64,000 bases of DNA from an uncultured Bdellovibrionales bacterium (GTDB lineage: Bacteria > Patescibacteriota > Minisyncoccia > Moranbacterales > UBA1568): positions 39,638 through 103,637 of the forward strand of contig CAZQLN010000001.1 in NCBI GenBank assembly GCA_964594215.1. The letters run 5' to 3'. Numbering within the stretch: position 1 is the stretch's first letter; each line of letters begins with the position of its first letter. The notes under the pieces were generated by a model. It worked only from the letters and a program-made list of their open reading frames with translations. It ran no database searches and was not told where the DNA came from. Positions 56,128 through 64,000 of the stretch are shown piece by piece. Both the position numbers and the translations under genes were made by a program.

Positions 56128-57552
56128 ATGAAACGCTCAGAGGTTTTTTTTAGTACTGCTCAGGTTCCGCTTGATTTTATTATGATCCTGCTTGCAGCTA
56201 CCACAGCTTATTTTCTACGTAGCTTACCTGCTTTTGAGGGCTACGTTTCCAAAGTTTTTAATCTCAGTTTTCCAGATTATATCTGGTCGGTGGCCTATAT
56301 CGCGCCACTTTTTCTAGTGGTTTTTGCTTTTGAAGGTTTGTATCGCATGCGCGTTACCCGACGTTTTTGGCCTGAGTTTTATCAGGTGGGTAAGGCTACA
56401 GGTCTTGGCCTTATCATTTTGATCATCATCATCTTTCTTAATAGGGAGTGGTTTTCATCACGTTTCGTAATTTTGTTTGGTTGGGGTTTCAGCGTGCTTT
56501 ACGTGGCGCTTACTCGTTTACTTGTCCAGCGTTTCCAAAAATGGCTACTGGTACATAAGCGTATCGGTGTCCATCGAGTACTTCTCATTGGCGATAATGA
56601 CAAAGTTAAACGCGTCAAAAGGATTTTTCAAAAAAATAAAGCCCTAGGATATACCGTAGTTGATCAAATAGACAATGCCAGTGTTGCTCATATCAAAGAC
56701 ATTCGTGCGGTACGTGGTATCGATGAGATTATTGTTGGCGATACCAGTCTGACTGACGAAGAATTAGCAAAACTGTTTGACTATTGTCAGATCAACAACA
56801 TCACGTACAAATATTTACCGACTACCATGCAAACATCTCGTTTTAGCATGAATGTTTTTTTTGGTGAACCAATGATTGAGTATCAGCATACGCCACTTGA
56901 TGGGTGGGGAAGGGTCTGGAAGCGTCTCTATGATATTGTCGCGGGTACCTTTCTGACGGTTCTCTTTACACCACTTATGCTCCTAATTGCTCTGTTAATT
57001 AAATTAGAAGACAGCGCTGGGCCGATTATTTATAAAAATCGTCGTATCGGGGAGAATGGTAACATTTTCTATGTTTACAAGTTCCGCTACATGCAGTGGA
57101 AATACTGTATCACCAAAGAAAATCCGAACATGGCAGAGGCAGTAGAGTTTGAGAAAAAACTGATTGAGGAACGCAATGTTCGTAAGGGGGGTGTGTTGTA
57201 TAAGATCAAGGATGACCCTCGTCGGATGCGTATAGGCGCTTTCATTGAACGATTTTCTCTTGATGAGCTGCCTCAATTTTGGAATGTGTTACGTGGTGAT
57301 ATGAGTTTGGTTGGTCCGCGGCCACATCAAGAGCGCGAAGTTGAACAATACGCTGAATATCATCGTCGTCTCCTTACTATCAAGCCTGGTATTACTGGTA
57401 TGGCTCAGGTTTCTGGTCGTTCAGATTTACCTTTTGAAGATGAGTATCGTTTGGATATTTTCTATATTGAAAACTGGAACCTTCTGCTTGATGTGATCAT
57501 TTGTCTCAAAACTGCAGGTGCTCTCTTGAAGCGTCGTCGTAACATGAAATAG
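56128..57552 (+). CDS. Undecaprenyl-phosphate sugar phosphotransferase (bacterial sugar transferase, WbaP/EpsB-like)
   Basis: Five N-terminal TM helices. C-terminal catalytic domain with LPQFWNVLRGDMSLVGPRP and PGITGMAQV motifs. Confidence 0.9.
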   Translation: MKRSEVFFSTAQVPLDFIMILLAATTAYFLRSLPAFEGYVSKVFNLSFPDYIWSVAYIAPLFLVVFAFEGLYRMRVTRRFWPEFYQVGKATGLGLIILIIIIFLNREWFSSRFVILFGWGFSVLYVALTRLLVQRFQKWLLVHKRIGVHRVLLIGDNDKVKRVKRIFQKNKALGYTVVDQIDNASVAHIKDIRAVRGIDEIIVGDTSLTDEELAKLFDYCQINNITYKYLPTTMQTSRFSMNVFFGEPMIEYQHTPLDGWGRVWKRLYDIVAGTFLTVLFTPLMLLIALLIKLEDSAGPIIYKNRRIGENGNIFYVYKFRYMQWKYCITKENPNMAEAVEFEKKLIEERNVRKGGVLYKIKDDPRRMRIGAFIERFSLDELPQFWNVLRGDMSLVGPRPHQEREVEQYAEYHRRLLTIKPGITGMAQVSGRSDLPFEDEYRLDIFYIENWNLLLDVIICLKTAGALLKRRRNMK

Positions 57553-57613
57553 GGTTACGAATCTCCCAGGTCATTTATCTGTGTTATACTGGCATCAAGT
57601 AATACATACACTT

Positions 57614-57961
57614 ATGTCACTCATCATGCGTCTCGTTTTATCAGCTCTCGCTTTTCTTGCTGTTGCGAATCTGGTGCCAGGTATTACGGTGGCGAGTTTC
57701 TGGACAGCTCTTATCCTCGCTATCTTGTGGGGGATTATCGGAGTCACTGTGAAGCCCGTTGTGTTGATTCTTACTCTTCCAATCAATATTTTGACATTGG
57801 GGATTTTCACTTTTATTCTCAATGGTTTTTTCCTGTGGCTTCTCGGGGGTATCGTCAAAGGCTTCGAGGTTCGAGGTTTTTGGGTGGCAGTGCTTGGTGC
57901 TCTTGTCCTCTCTATCATCAATATGCTTATTCATTGGGCATTGGAACGTCTGAATAACTAA
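57614..57961 (+). CDS. YvlD-like phage-holin family 4 membrane protein
   Basis: About 115 aa, four TM helices. LVLSALAFLAVANLVPGI N-terminal signature. The track start 57581 lies upstream; ATG at 57614 chosen. Confidence 0.6.
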   Translation: MSLIMRLVLSALAFLAVANLVPGITVASFWTALILAILWGIIGVTVKPVVLILTLPINILTLGIFTFILNGFFLWLLGGIVKGFEVRGFWVAVLGALVLSIINMLIHWALERLNN

Positions 57962-57974
57962 GTGCCATCCAAAC

Positions 57975-58010
57975 AAAACCCTTCTCTCAGAGGAGGGTTT
58001 TTATTTTTCA
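57975..58010 (+). terminator. Rho-independent terminator
   Basis: AAAACCCTTCTC-tcag-AGGAGGGTTTTTATTTTT. Confidence 0.65.
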
Positions 58011-58110
58011 AAGAAGTGTTTTCTCTTGACAAAACCTCTAAATACCTGTATTAAGAGGACACAGTTCCTTGAATCAAAAGGTTCAAACAATCTGAAAATG
58101 GAGAGAGACA

Positions 58111-58797
58111 ATGTCACAAGAACTTAGACTTCGCTTGGTTGAGAATACTCAGCCCAAGTGTGGTGGGGACGCCAGGATTATTTTTTTGAATGGCTTTGTC
58201 GGAAGGGAAGTGCGTCAGGGATTCTTCGGAGGATCTGCCGCTGACAATAGCCGTATCAAGAAACGTCTTCTCAATGAGCGGGTGACTCAGGTTGTCGACC
58301 GCTATCAAAAACTCAAGGCTACCACGGAGGACATAGACATGGTCTTTGTGGTTGGCGAAAGAAGGCTTCAGTCTCATGGGGCAGCGGAGATCATTCGGCG
58401 GCTTGAGAAACGAGGGATTCCCATTGAAAGACTCGCTTTTTGTGGTGATGCGAGTAGCCTAGTTGAAGCTACTCAGTTGTTTTTTTATCGGGCGATCGAA
58501 GAATACCCCGGACGTGGTTTGCGAACGCACATTGCCACGCATCCACATTGGTATGATCGTACCAGACACTTCCTCGAAGAATACGACAGACACGTATCAG
58601 TGGGAACATTTGTTCTTATTTTGCAGGCATGTTTTCCAACCCAAGAAAGAGACGGGGAAGAATATACGGGTTACACGCCAAATATCTCTGAACGGATACG
58701 TGAATGGTGGCGTGGCGATCGGTGGGGAGGTGATAAGCGGAATGTACAGCATGATTTTCATGCGTTCACGAAACGCACTTTCCTCAGTCATTCATAG
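58111..58797 (+). CDS. Hypothetical protein, possibly DUF218/YdcF-like
   Basis: 228 aa, moderately GC-rich. Weak resemblance of VFVVGERRLQSHGAAEIIRR...IATHPHWYDRTRHF to the YdcF/SanA (DUF218) pattern. Confidence 0.4.
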   Translation: MSQELRLRLVENTQPKCGGDARIIFLNGFVGREVRQGFFGGSAADNSRIKKRLLNERVTQVVDRYQKLKATTEDIDMVFVVGERRLQSHGAAEIIRRLEKRGIPIERLAFCGDASSLVEATQLFFYRAIEEYPGRGLRTHIATHPHWYDRTRHFLEEYDRHVSVGTFVLILQACFPTQERDGEEYTGYTPNISERIREWWRGDRWGGDKRNVQHDFHAFTKRTFLSHS

Positions 58798-58829
58798 AAG
58801 TGACTACCACTTTAAGGGCTCGACGAGTA

Positions 58830-59540
58830 TTACTCGCTCGAGCCTTTTTCTTTTGCTAAAACAATCCATAAGCAGAGCGTGACACTTCCCAAGAATACTG
58901 AAGTCATGAGTATCAACAGGGGAAGACCTTTGATAAAATCCGGTTTGTATTGAGACATGCGCTCGATGAGGCGCCAGAGATCAGAAAAAAAATTACCGGA
59001 TGAATAGGCTGGTCGCATCTGGAGAGTTTCGTTTTCATGAAGCTTGTTTTTAGCTACTAGGGTATAACTCCGATCAGAGAATTCACTGGTATGGATGTAG
59101 GGAGCCTCACTGCTCTTACGATCATAGGGAGATGTGTAAGTGATGTAGGTACAATAACTTTGTCCCTGAGAATTGGCGATACGTGGGAAATGAAAACGGG
59201 TGTAGATAGAAGGCCTAAGTCTTAGAGAAGTCCTGCTATCAGCAGTAATGGTTTGTGTACAGGTCGCATCACGAAGTTCGAAACGAAGAGCTTCTCCTGG
59301 CCAGAGGTTAAGATTACCGATATGATATTTGATTTCTGAAAGACCATTTTCCTCTGCTACGAAAATCTGAGAAATAGGCTTATTAATGGTCAATCTCTCA
59401 CGATCTTTTTTACCTAAAAAATTATAGTCAGAATCAGGAAATGCTAGGTTTGAAGCAAAACTGATACTAATACACCAAAGCCCTATGAGAAAGCCTCCTA
59501 GGAGCATTTTTTGACTTGTAGTGAGCTTGTAGGAGGTCAT
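58830..59540 (-). CDS. Hypothetical membrane protein (N- and C-terminal TM helices)
   Basis: 236 aa. Translationally coupled 2 nt downstream of the DUF2142-like gene. Confidence 0.5.
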   Translation of the reverse strand: MTSYKLTTSQKMLLGGFLIGLWCISISFASNLAFPDSDYNFLGKKDRERLTINKPISQIFVAEENGLSEIKYHIGNLNLWPGEALRFELRDATCTQTITADSRTSLRLRPSIYTRFHFPRIANSQGQSYCTYITYTSPYDRKSSEAPYIHTSEFSDRSYTLVAKNKLHENETLQMRPAYSSGNFFSDLWRLIERMSQYKPDFIKGLPLLILMTSVFLGSVTLCLWIVLAKEKGSSE

Positions 59541-59542
59541 AA

Positions 59543-60997
59543 TTAGAGATAATAACGGGGAATAATGACATTAAAAATGGCGTAGAGACAAAGGAAGATC
59601 ATACCGATAGTGAGAGCTTTGAGAAGGGTGATGAATTGGGCTTTATTTTTGGTTATGAGAAAACCAAGGCCAGTGACGAGAATAATGAGGTGAGGTATCA
59701 GCGTAGGAAGAAAATAGCGACCAGGAGTACCAATCAGGATCTTACCGGTGGTGTCGAAGACTCGCCAATCATAGAGGCGGATAGCTAGCTGGAGGAGAAA
59801 GACTATCCCAAGAGAGAGGATGATGATAGATTTTTTTGGTAGATAGTCTTTAGTTTTTTTAGAAAAGAAGAAAAGAATAATTCCAAGCCAGGCGATAAGC
59901 TCTATGAGGGTGATGGCATGAAGAAGTGTAGTGCTTATCTTGGCATCGAGCCAACCGAAGTGACCCCAATATGATGCATGGGTACGGAGAAGAGCATCAG
60001 TGCTAATAGTCTTATCAAAGTAGGTAGTAAGGGACTCTAGTGGTGAGATGAAATGTGACTGCGGTACAAGGCGAGTAATAGAGGCAAAGTAACCTTTTGG
60101 TACTAAGAATAAAAGTGATAAAGAAAAAAGAACGCTCAAGAAAAGAGAAAGTTTCAGAAAATTCAAACGATCTAAATGATAGTGTCTTTGGATGAGAAAT
60201 AGATAGAAAATACAAACAAGAGGTATAAGAACTACGCCGGGCCCTTTTGAGAAAAAAGCGAGGAATAGAGATAAAAGAAGTAGGAGGTGGAATATTTTAG
60301 AAGAAGGTCTTCTTAAGAGGGTCACTAAAGTGAAGAAACACAGGGTGAAAGAAAAGATGAGTGCGATGTCAATATTAACTATAGTTCCTGTAGCCAATAG
60401 CATTGGCTGAAAAGCTACAAGGAGAGTAAAAAGAGCTTGCTCAAGGGATGAAGAAAATATTTTCTGCGCTACCTGGTAGGTAAGTATGATCACTCCAAGA
60501 TAGAGAATCAGAGAAAAGAGTCGCATTAGGAAGAATCGTTCCGAGAAATGAAGATAACTAAATATTTTCTCACTAAGACTTGTGAGTGTGTAGTAAAAAG
60601 AGATTGTACCAGAAGTATTTGGAGGAGAAAGAGTCAGATAGCGTTTATAAGTTTTCTGTTCAAATGAATCCTCATTAATACCAATGATACCAGTAGGGGA
60701 GAAGCTTTGAGTGTTCTCACTTTGCCACTTGAGTTCATCGAATTGGTTTAATTTCCCTCCAGCAATAGTTTCATCAGAAAGATGATAGCTCGTGATGTCA
60801 TCGATGAGGGCTACATTTCTCTGTTCGGTGATAGACCAAGATTTCTCTTGGGGTTCTGCTTGATATTGTATGGTACCATAGTGGATCTGCTCATCAGGAC
60901 CTTGATAAACAGGAACAAGAAACACGAAAAACACCCCTACAAGGGTGATAATCACGAGAATAAAAACACGATACATGTTTGATTGATGGTCACGCAT
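59543..60997 (-). CDS. DUF2142-like polytopic membrane protein (putative GT-C-type glycosyltransferase)
   Basis: About 12 TM helices. PDEQIHY motif in the first extracytoplasmic loop, as in DUF2142 and GT-C enzymes. An alternative start at Met8 (60976) is possible. Confidence 0.55.
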   Translation of the reverse strand: MRDHQSNMYRVFILVIITLVGVFFVFLVPVYQGPDEQIHYGTIQYQAEPQEKSWSITEQRNVALIDDITSYHLSDETIAGGKLNQFDELKWQSENTQSFSPTGIIGINEDSFEQKTYKRYLTLSPPNTSGTISFYYTLTSLSEKIFSYLHFSERFFLMRLFSLILYLGVIILTYQVAQKIFSSSLEQALFTLLVAFQPMLLATGTIVNIDIALIFSFTLCFFTLVTLLRRPSSKIFHLLLLLSLFLAFFSKGPGVVLIPLVCIFYLFLIQRHYHLDRLNFLKLSLFLSVLFSLSLLFLVPKGYFASITRLVPQSHFISPLESLTTYFDKTISTDALLRTHASYWGHFGWLDAKISTTLLHAITLIELIAWLGIILFFFSKKTKDYLPKKSIIILSLGIVFLLQLAIRLYDWRVFDTTGKILIGTPGRYFLPTLIPHLIILVTGLGFLITKNKAQFITLLKALTIGMIFLCLYAIFNVIIPRYYL

Positions 60998-61059
60998 GAG
61001 TGTAGTATAATATAAAAACTGAAAAGAGCCGATTGGTGATTTTTAAGAAAGATTTACTT

Positions 61060-62022
61060 ATGAATAATAAAACAGTGTTGGTAACTGGTTGTGCTGGCTT
61101 TATAGGTTCAAATTTGTGTGAAGAACTTGTTAGCCGGGGTTGGAATGTGATTGGTCTGGATAATCTCATGACAGGTTACCGTCATAATATTTCCCATCTT
61201 GAAACCAAAGACAATTTTAAGTTTATCTGGGGAGATGTTCGTAATATTGATAGCCTACGCACTATTCTTCAAGAACAGAAGGTTACACATATTTCTCACC
61301 AGGCGGCTCGTGGGAGTGTACCGAAAAGCGTTGAAGATCCCATTCTTTCTAATGAGATCAATGTGACAGGGACATTGAATCTGTTATGGGCAGCCAAAGA
61401 AGCCGGAGTACAGAAATTCGTTTGTGCTATTTCTTCATCGGTTTACGGTAATACGCCGACCCTGCCAAAGGTAGAGACTATGCCTTATAATGCTCTCTCA
61501 CCCTATGCAATCACGAAGGCAACTAAGGAGATGTACTGTACCGCTTTCTATAATCTTTATGCTCTACCAACTATAGGACTGCGCTACTTTAATGTGTATG
61601 GTCGTCGTCAAGATCCGAATGGCGATTATGCGGCGGTTATTCCTCGTTGGATTACCAAGGCTTTTGCTCATGAGGATCTTCCTATGAACGGTGACGGGAA
61701 ACAAACACGAGATTTTACGTATATTGACGATGTGGTGGAGGCTAATATCTTGGCTCTTGAGACAGAAAACGAGCAAGCTTTTGGTAAAGGTATGAATATC
61801 GGTTATTCTGGTCGCATTGATATTACTACGTTAGCTGAGAATATTCTTAAGCTGACTAACTCAAAAGCAAAAATAGCTTATAGTCCTGCACGTAAGGGTG
61901 ATGTTCAAGATTCATATGCAGATGTTAGTTTAGCGAAGAACCTTCTGGGCTATGATCCTCAAACAGATATCAAAGAGGGTCTTAAAAAAACAATTGAATG
62001 GTACAAGGAATCAGTGGGATAG
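61060..62022 (+). CDS. NAD-dependent nucleotide-sugar epimerase (UDP-GlcNAc/UDP-glucose 4-epimerase family, extended SDR)
   Basis: Track start 61033 is TTG; ATG at 61060. VTGCAGFIGSNLCEEL Rossmann motif. YxxxK (YAITKATKE). RYFNVYG. Confidence 0.85.
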   Translation: MNNKTVLVTGCAGFIGSNLCEELVSRGWNVIGLDNLMTGYRHNISHLETKDNFKFIWGDVRNIDSLRTILQEQKVTHISHQAARGSVPKSVEDPILSNEINVTGTLNLLWAAKEAGVQKFVCAISSSVYGNTPTLPKVETMPYNALSPYAITKATKEMYCTAFYNLYALPTIGLRYFNVYGRRQDPNGDYAAVIPRWITKAFAHEDLPMNGDGKQTRDFTYIDDVVEANILALETENEQAFGKGMNIGYSGRIDITTLAENILKLTNSKAKIAYSPARKGDVQDSYADVSLAKNLLGYDPQTDIKEGLKKTIEWYKESVG

Positions 62023-62061
62023 AAGCTATTTTGGTTATTCATAAAATACGTAGTATAATAA

Positions 62062-62084
62062 GATGGCTTTAAAAAGCCATTTTT
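62062..62084 (+). terminator. Rho-independent terminator immediately before the next ATG
   Basis: ATGGCTTT-aa-AAAGCCAT followed by TTTT. Confidence 0.55.
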
Positions 62085-62942
62085 ATGAATAAAGAGAACA
62101 AAGGGAGAATTCTCTTGCTAGGGGGAGAAGGTTTTATTGGAAGAAATTTAGCGCTTTATTTTGCTCCGACCTATGATTGTTTTTCTTGTGGAGACAAGAA
62201 ATCCTTATTTAGTGAAAGACAAGATATCTTTATTTCAGGTAATCCCTATAAGGATACTCTCAATTATAGAGTGGATGTCATTATCCATCTCATAGATAAC
62301 AAAGAGTGTTCGGCTGAGAGTTTTCTTGAAGAAGAGAAAAGACTAATTGAGAACATCTCTTTGGATAGTGATATCCATCTAATAATTTTCTCTTCAGCGG
62401 TATTATATGCCAATCCTGACAGTGAATATGGCATGAGAAAAAAAAGACTCGAAGATTTTTACGTACAGTATTGTCGGGAACACGGTATTCCCCTTACTAT
62501 TATTAGACTCTTCAATACTTTTGGATCATTCCAGATACCATACAGGCAGGGAAGTTTAGTGGCCAATCTCATTTATGATCATCTCCTTTCTATTCCTACA
62601 GAAATTCAGGATCTGTCTGCTAAGAGAGATTTCTTATATGCTGGCGATATCCCAAAGTTCGTAGAGCTCTTTATCAAAGAGAAGATCACAGGAACGTATG
62701 ATTTAGGGAGAGGAAAACTCACTTCTCTTAGAGAAGTGATCGCGATGCTTGAAGAGCAAATGGAGGGAGAAGTTTTGAAGATTATCAACCGCAATAACTC
62801 AGAATCGCTCACTATTCAGCCAGCTGATAACCCTTTTCTGAGTAGAGTTAATTTGACTCCTATGTCACAAGCAGTATTGGAAACGATCAATTTTTTTCGG
62901 AATAATAGAGCTATAGTACAAACATATGTTGCAAAAAAGTGA
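62085..62942 (+). CDS. Atypical short SDR-family epimerase/dehydratase-like protein
   Basis: LLLGGEGFIGRNL Rossmann-like motif. The YxxxK equivalent is only weakly recognisable. 285 aa. Confidence 0.55.
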   Translation: MNKENKGRILLLGGEGFIGRNLALYFAPTYDCFSCGDKKSLFSERQDIFISGNPYKDTLNYRVDVIIHLIDNKECSAESFLEEEKRLIENISLDSDIHLIIFSSAVLYANPDSEYGMRKKRLEDFYVQYCREHGIPLTIIRLFNTFGSFQIPYRQGSLVANLIYDHLLSIPTEIQDLSAKRDFLYAGDIPKFVELFIKEKITGTYDLGRGKLTSLREVIAMLEEQMEGEVLKIINRNNSESLTIQPADNPFLSRVNLTPMSQAVLETINFFRNNRAIVQTYVAKK

Positions 62943-64000
62943 ATGTAAGAATGTCTTGATTATTGGTGCCGGTAATGCCGGTAAGCTTTTGGAAAAGGAT
63001 ATTAAAAAGCACCATCCACTCTTGCGGGTAGTTGGTTTTGTCGACGATAAAATACAGATCAAGGGTAAGGTTGTTGGTAAGATTGATGCTATTCCAAGGT
63101 TGTTACATACTTACAAAGTAGATGAAATCATTATCGCTATCCCCTCAACAGATGGGAGTTTGGTACGGAAAATTGTTCTTTTGAACTTGAAAAACCGTAT
63201 TCCTATTAAGATGATTCCTCGAAGTCAGGAAGTTGTTACTAAGAATACTGTTTCTTATGGCAAAGTAAAAGATCTAGAAACAGAAGATTTTCTGGGCAGG
63301 CCTTTTATCCGCGATAACGTGGAACAGCTTAAGTCTTTTTACAAAGGGAAAACGATCTTCATTACTGGGGGAGCGGGCTCAATTGGATCGGAAATAGTCT
63401 TTCAGCTTCTTGATCTTGATGTTAAAAAAGTTGTTGTTTATGATAATTCGGAGTACCTCATTTTCCTTCTGGAACAGAACCTTAAAGAGAGGGGACAACT
63501 TGAACGTTGTGATCTTATTGTAGGTAATATTCTTTATGAACATAAACTTCTTGCTCTGCTTAAAAAAATAAAACCAGACATCGTGTTTCATGTAGCTGCC
63601 TATAAGCATGTCCATCTCATGAACGATAACATTGATCAAGCTATTTATAATAATGTAGTTGGCACCAAGAGGATTATTGACGCTACTATTGAGGCAAAAG
63701 TAAAGTTATTCACATTTATCTCTACAGATAAGGTAGTCAATCCAACAAGCGTGATGGGTGCCACAAAGAAGATTTGCGAGTTTTATATTAAAAACATAAA
63801 AAGTAAAGATACTCAGTTTAATATTGTGAGATTTGGTAATGTAATCAATTCTAATGGTTCAGCGCTCCCGCTTTTTGAAAGACAGATGCGTCTCCATCGC
63901 TATATTACAGTGACTCACCGAAAAATGATGCGTTTTTTTATGTCAATTCGTGAAGCGGCTCAACTTGTTATCAAGAGTACGAGTCAAGGTAATACCTCTG
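62926..64000 (+). CDS. Polysaccharide biosynthesis protein CapD/PglF/WbpM-like UDP-sugar 4,6-dehydratase (3'-partial, continues beyond the window)
   Basis: Manual translation. An N-terminal Rossmann LIIGAGNAGK, then a second Rossmann ITGGAGSIGSEI, then STDKVVNPTSVMGATKKICE. No stop before position 64000. The ATG overlaps the upstream gene by 17 nt. Confidence 0.85.
   Translation, partial: MLQKSECKNVLIIGAGNAGKLLEKDIKKHHPLLRVVGFVDDKIQIKGKVVGKIDAIPRLLHTYKVDEIIIAIPSTDGSLVRKIVLLNLKNRIPIKMIPRSQEVVTKNTVSYGKVKDLETEDFLGRPFIRDNVEQLKSFYKGKTIFITGGAGSIGSEIVFQLLDLDVKKVVVYDNSEYLIFLLEQNLKERGQLERCDLIVGNILYEHKLLALLKKIKPDIVFHVAAYKHVHLMNDNIDQAIYNNVVGTKRIIDATIEAKVKLFTFISTDKVVNPTSVMGATKKICEFYIKNIKSKDTQFNIVRFGNVINSNGSALPLFERQMRLHRYITVTHRKMMRFFMSIREAAQLVIKSTSQGNTS

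Noticed and set aside
1-64000. CRISPR arrays, rRNA or tRNA genes, IS elements or integrases
   Set aside because: No regularly spaced direct repeats, no rRNA or tRNA signature sequences and no transposase- or integrase-like ORFs were seen anywhere in the window.

Overview
This 64 kb window is a gene-dense bacterial chromosome segment of roughly 42-45% GC. Almost every confident gene lies on the + strand. The gene content looks like a Patescibacteria/CPR-like (Candidate Phyla Radiation-like) genome: short UvrC, a type IV pilus cluster with giant pilins, a reduced dcw block, DUF4012 and several orphan hypothetical proteins. I infer that from the sequence alone, not from a database match.

Recognisable content, in order:
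- a DNA-metabolism block: DEDD exonuclease, Cas4-like/DUF2779 nuclease, DUF1905 protein and Pif1 helicase in one tight operon, then uvrC and uvrA;
- a type IV pilus cluster: pilC, two large pilins, a PilX-like protein, pilM, pilN, pilO;
- rlmN, a MiaB-like methylthiotransferase, xth, bcp;
- mraZ, rsmH, ftsL-like, ftsI, murF and a KH-domain (KhpA-like) protein;
- a dTDP-sugar and cell-envelope region: rfbB, a WxcM-like cupin, rfbD, glyA, rfbA, galU, a GT4 glycosyltransferase, a DUF4012 protein and murJ;
- lepA, trxA, yjbQ, mltG, dnaJ, recJ, RNase H, an HlyD-like adaptor and RNase P RNA;
- a polyprenyl-phosphate sugar transferase, a holin-like protein, and three sugar epimerase/dehydratase genes at the 3' end. 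The last gene, a CapD/PglF-like gene, runs off the window.

Features the ORF track does not explain:
1. A four-gene nuclease-helicase operon that is a candidate defence or repair module.
2. At least six small GC-rich islands (~50-55% GC). The largest, at 6.9-9.06 kb, holds four orphan small genes. Each has its own consensus promoter and hairpin terminator, including a duplicated 27-nt hairpin and a duplicated 5'-UTR motif.
3. An unannotated 52-aa Flp-family pilin at the end of a three-gene minus-strand mini-operon. It is driven by a perfect TTGACT-17-TATAAT promoter.
4. An operator-like palindrome plus a 140-nt element upstream of lepA. The element is closed by a 19-bp stem and a T-tract.
5. 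A 127-bp MITE-like inverted-repeat element abutting the start codon of the GT4 gene.
6. An rfb cluster that lacks rmlC but carries a WxcM-like cupin, and whose RmlD carries a Cys/Gly-rich insertion.
7. A five-repeat MraZ operator array.

No CRISPR array, tRNA, rRNA or transposase was seen.
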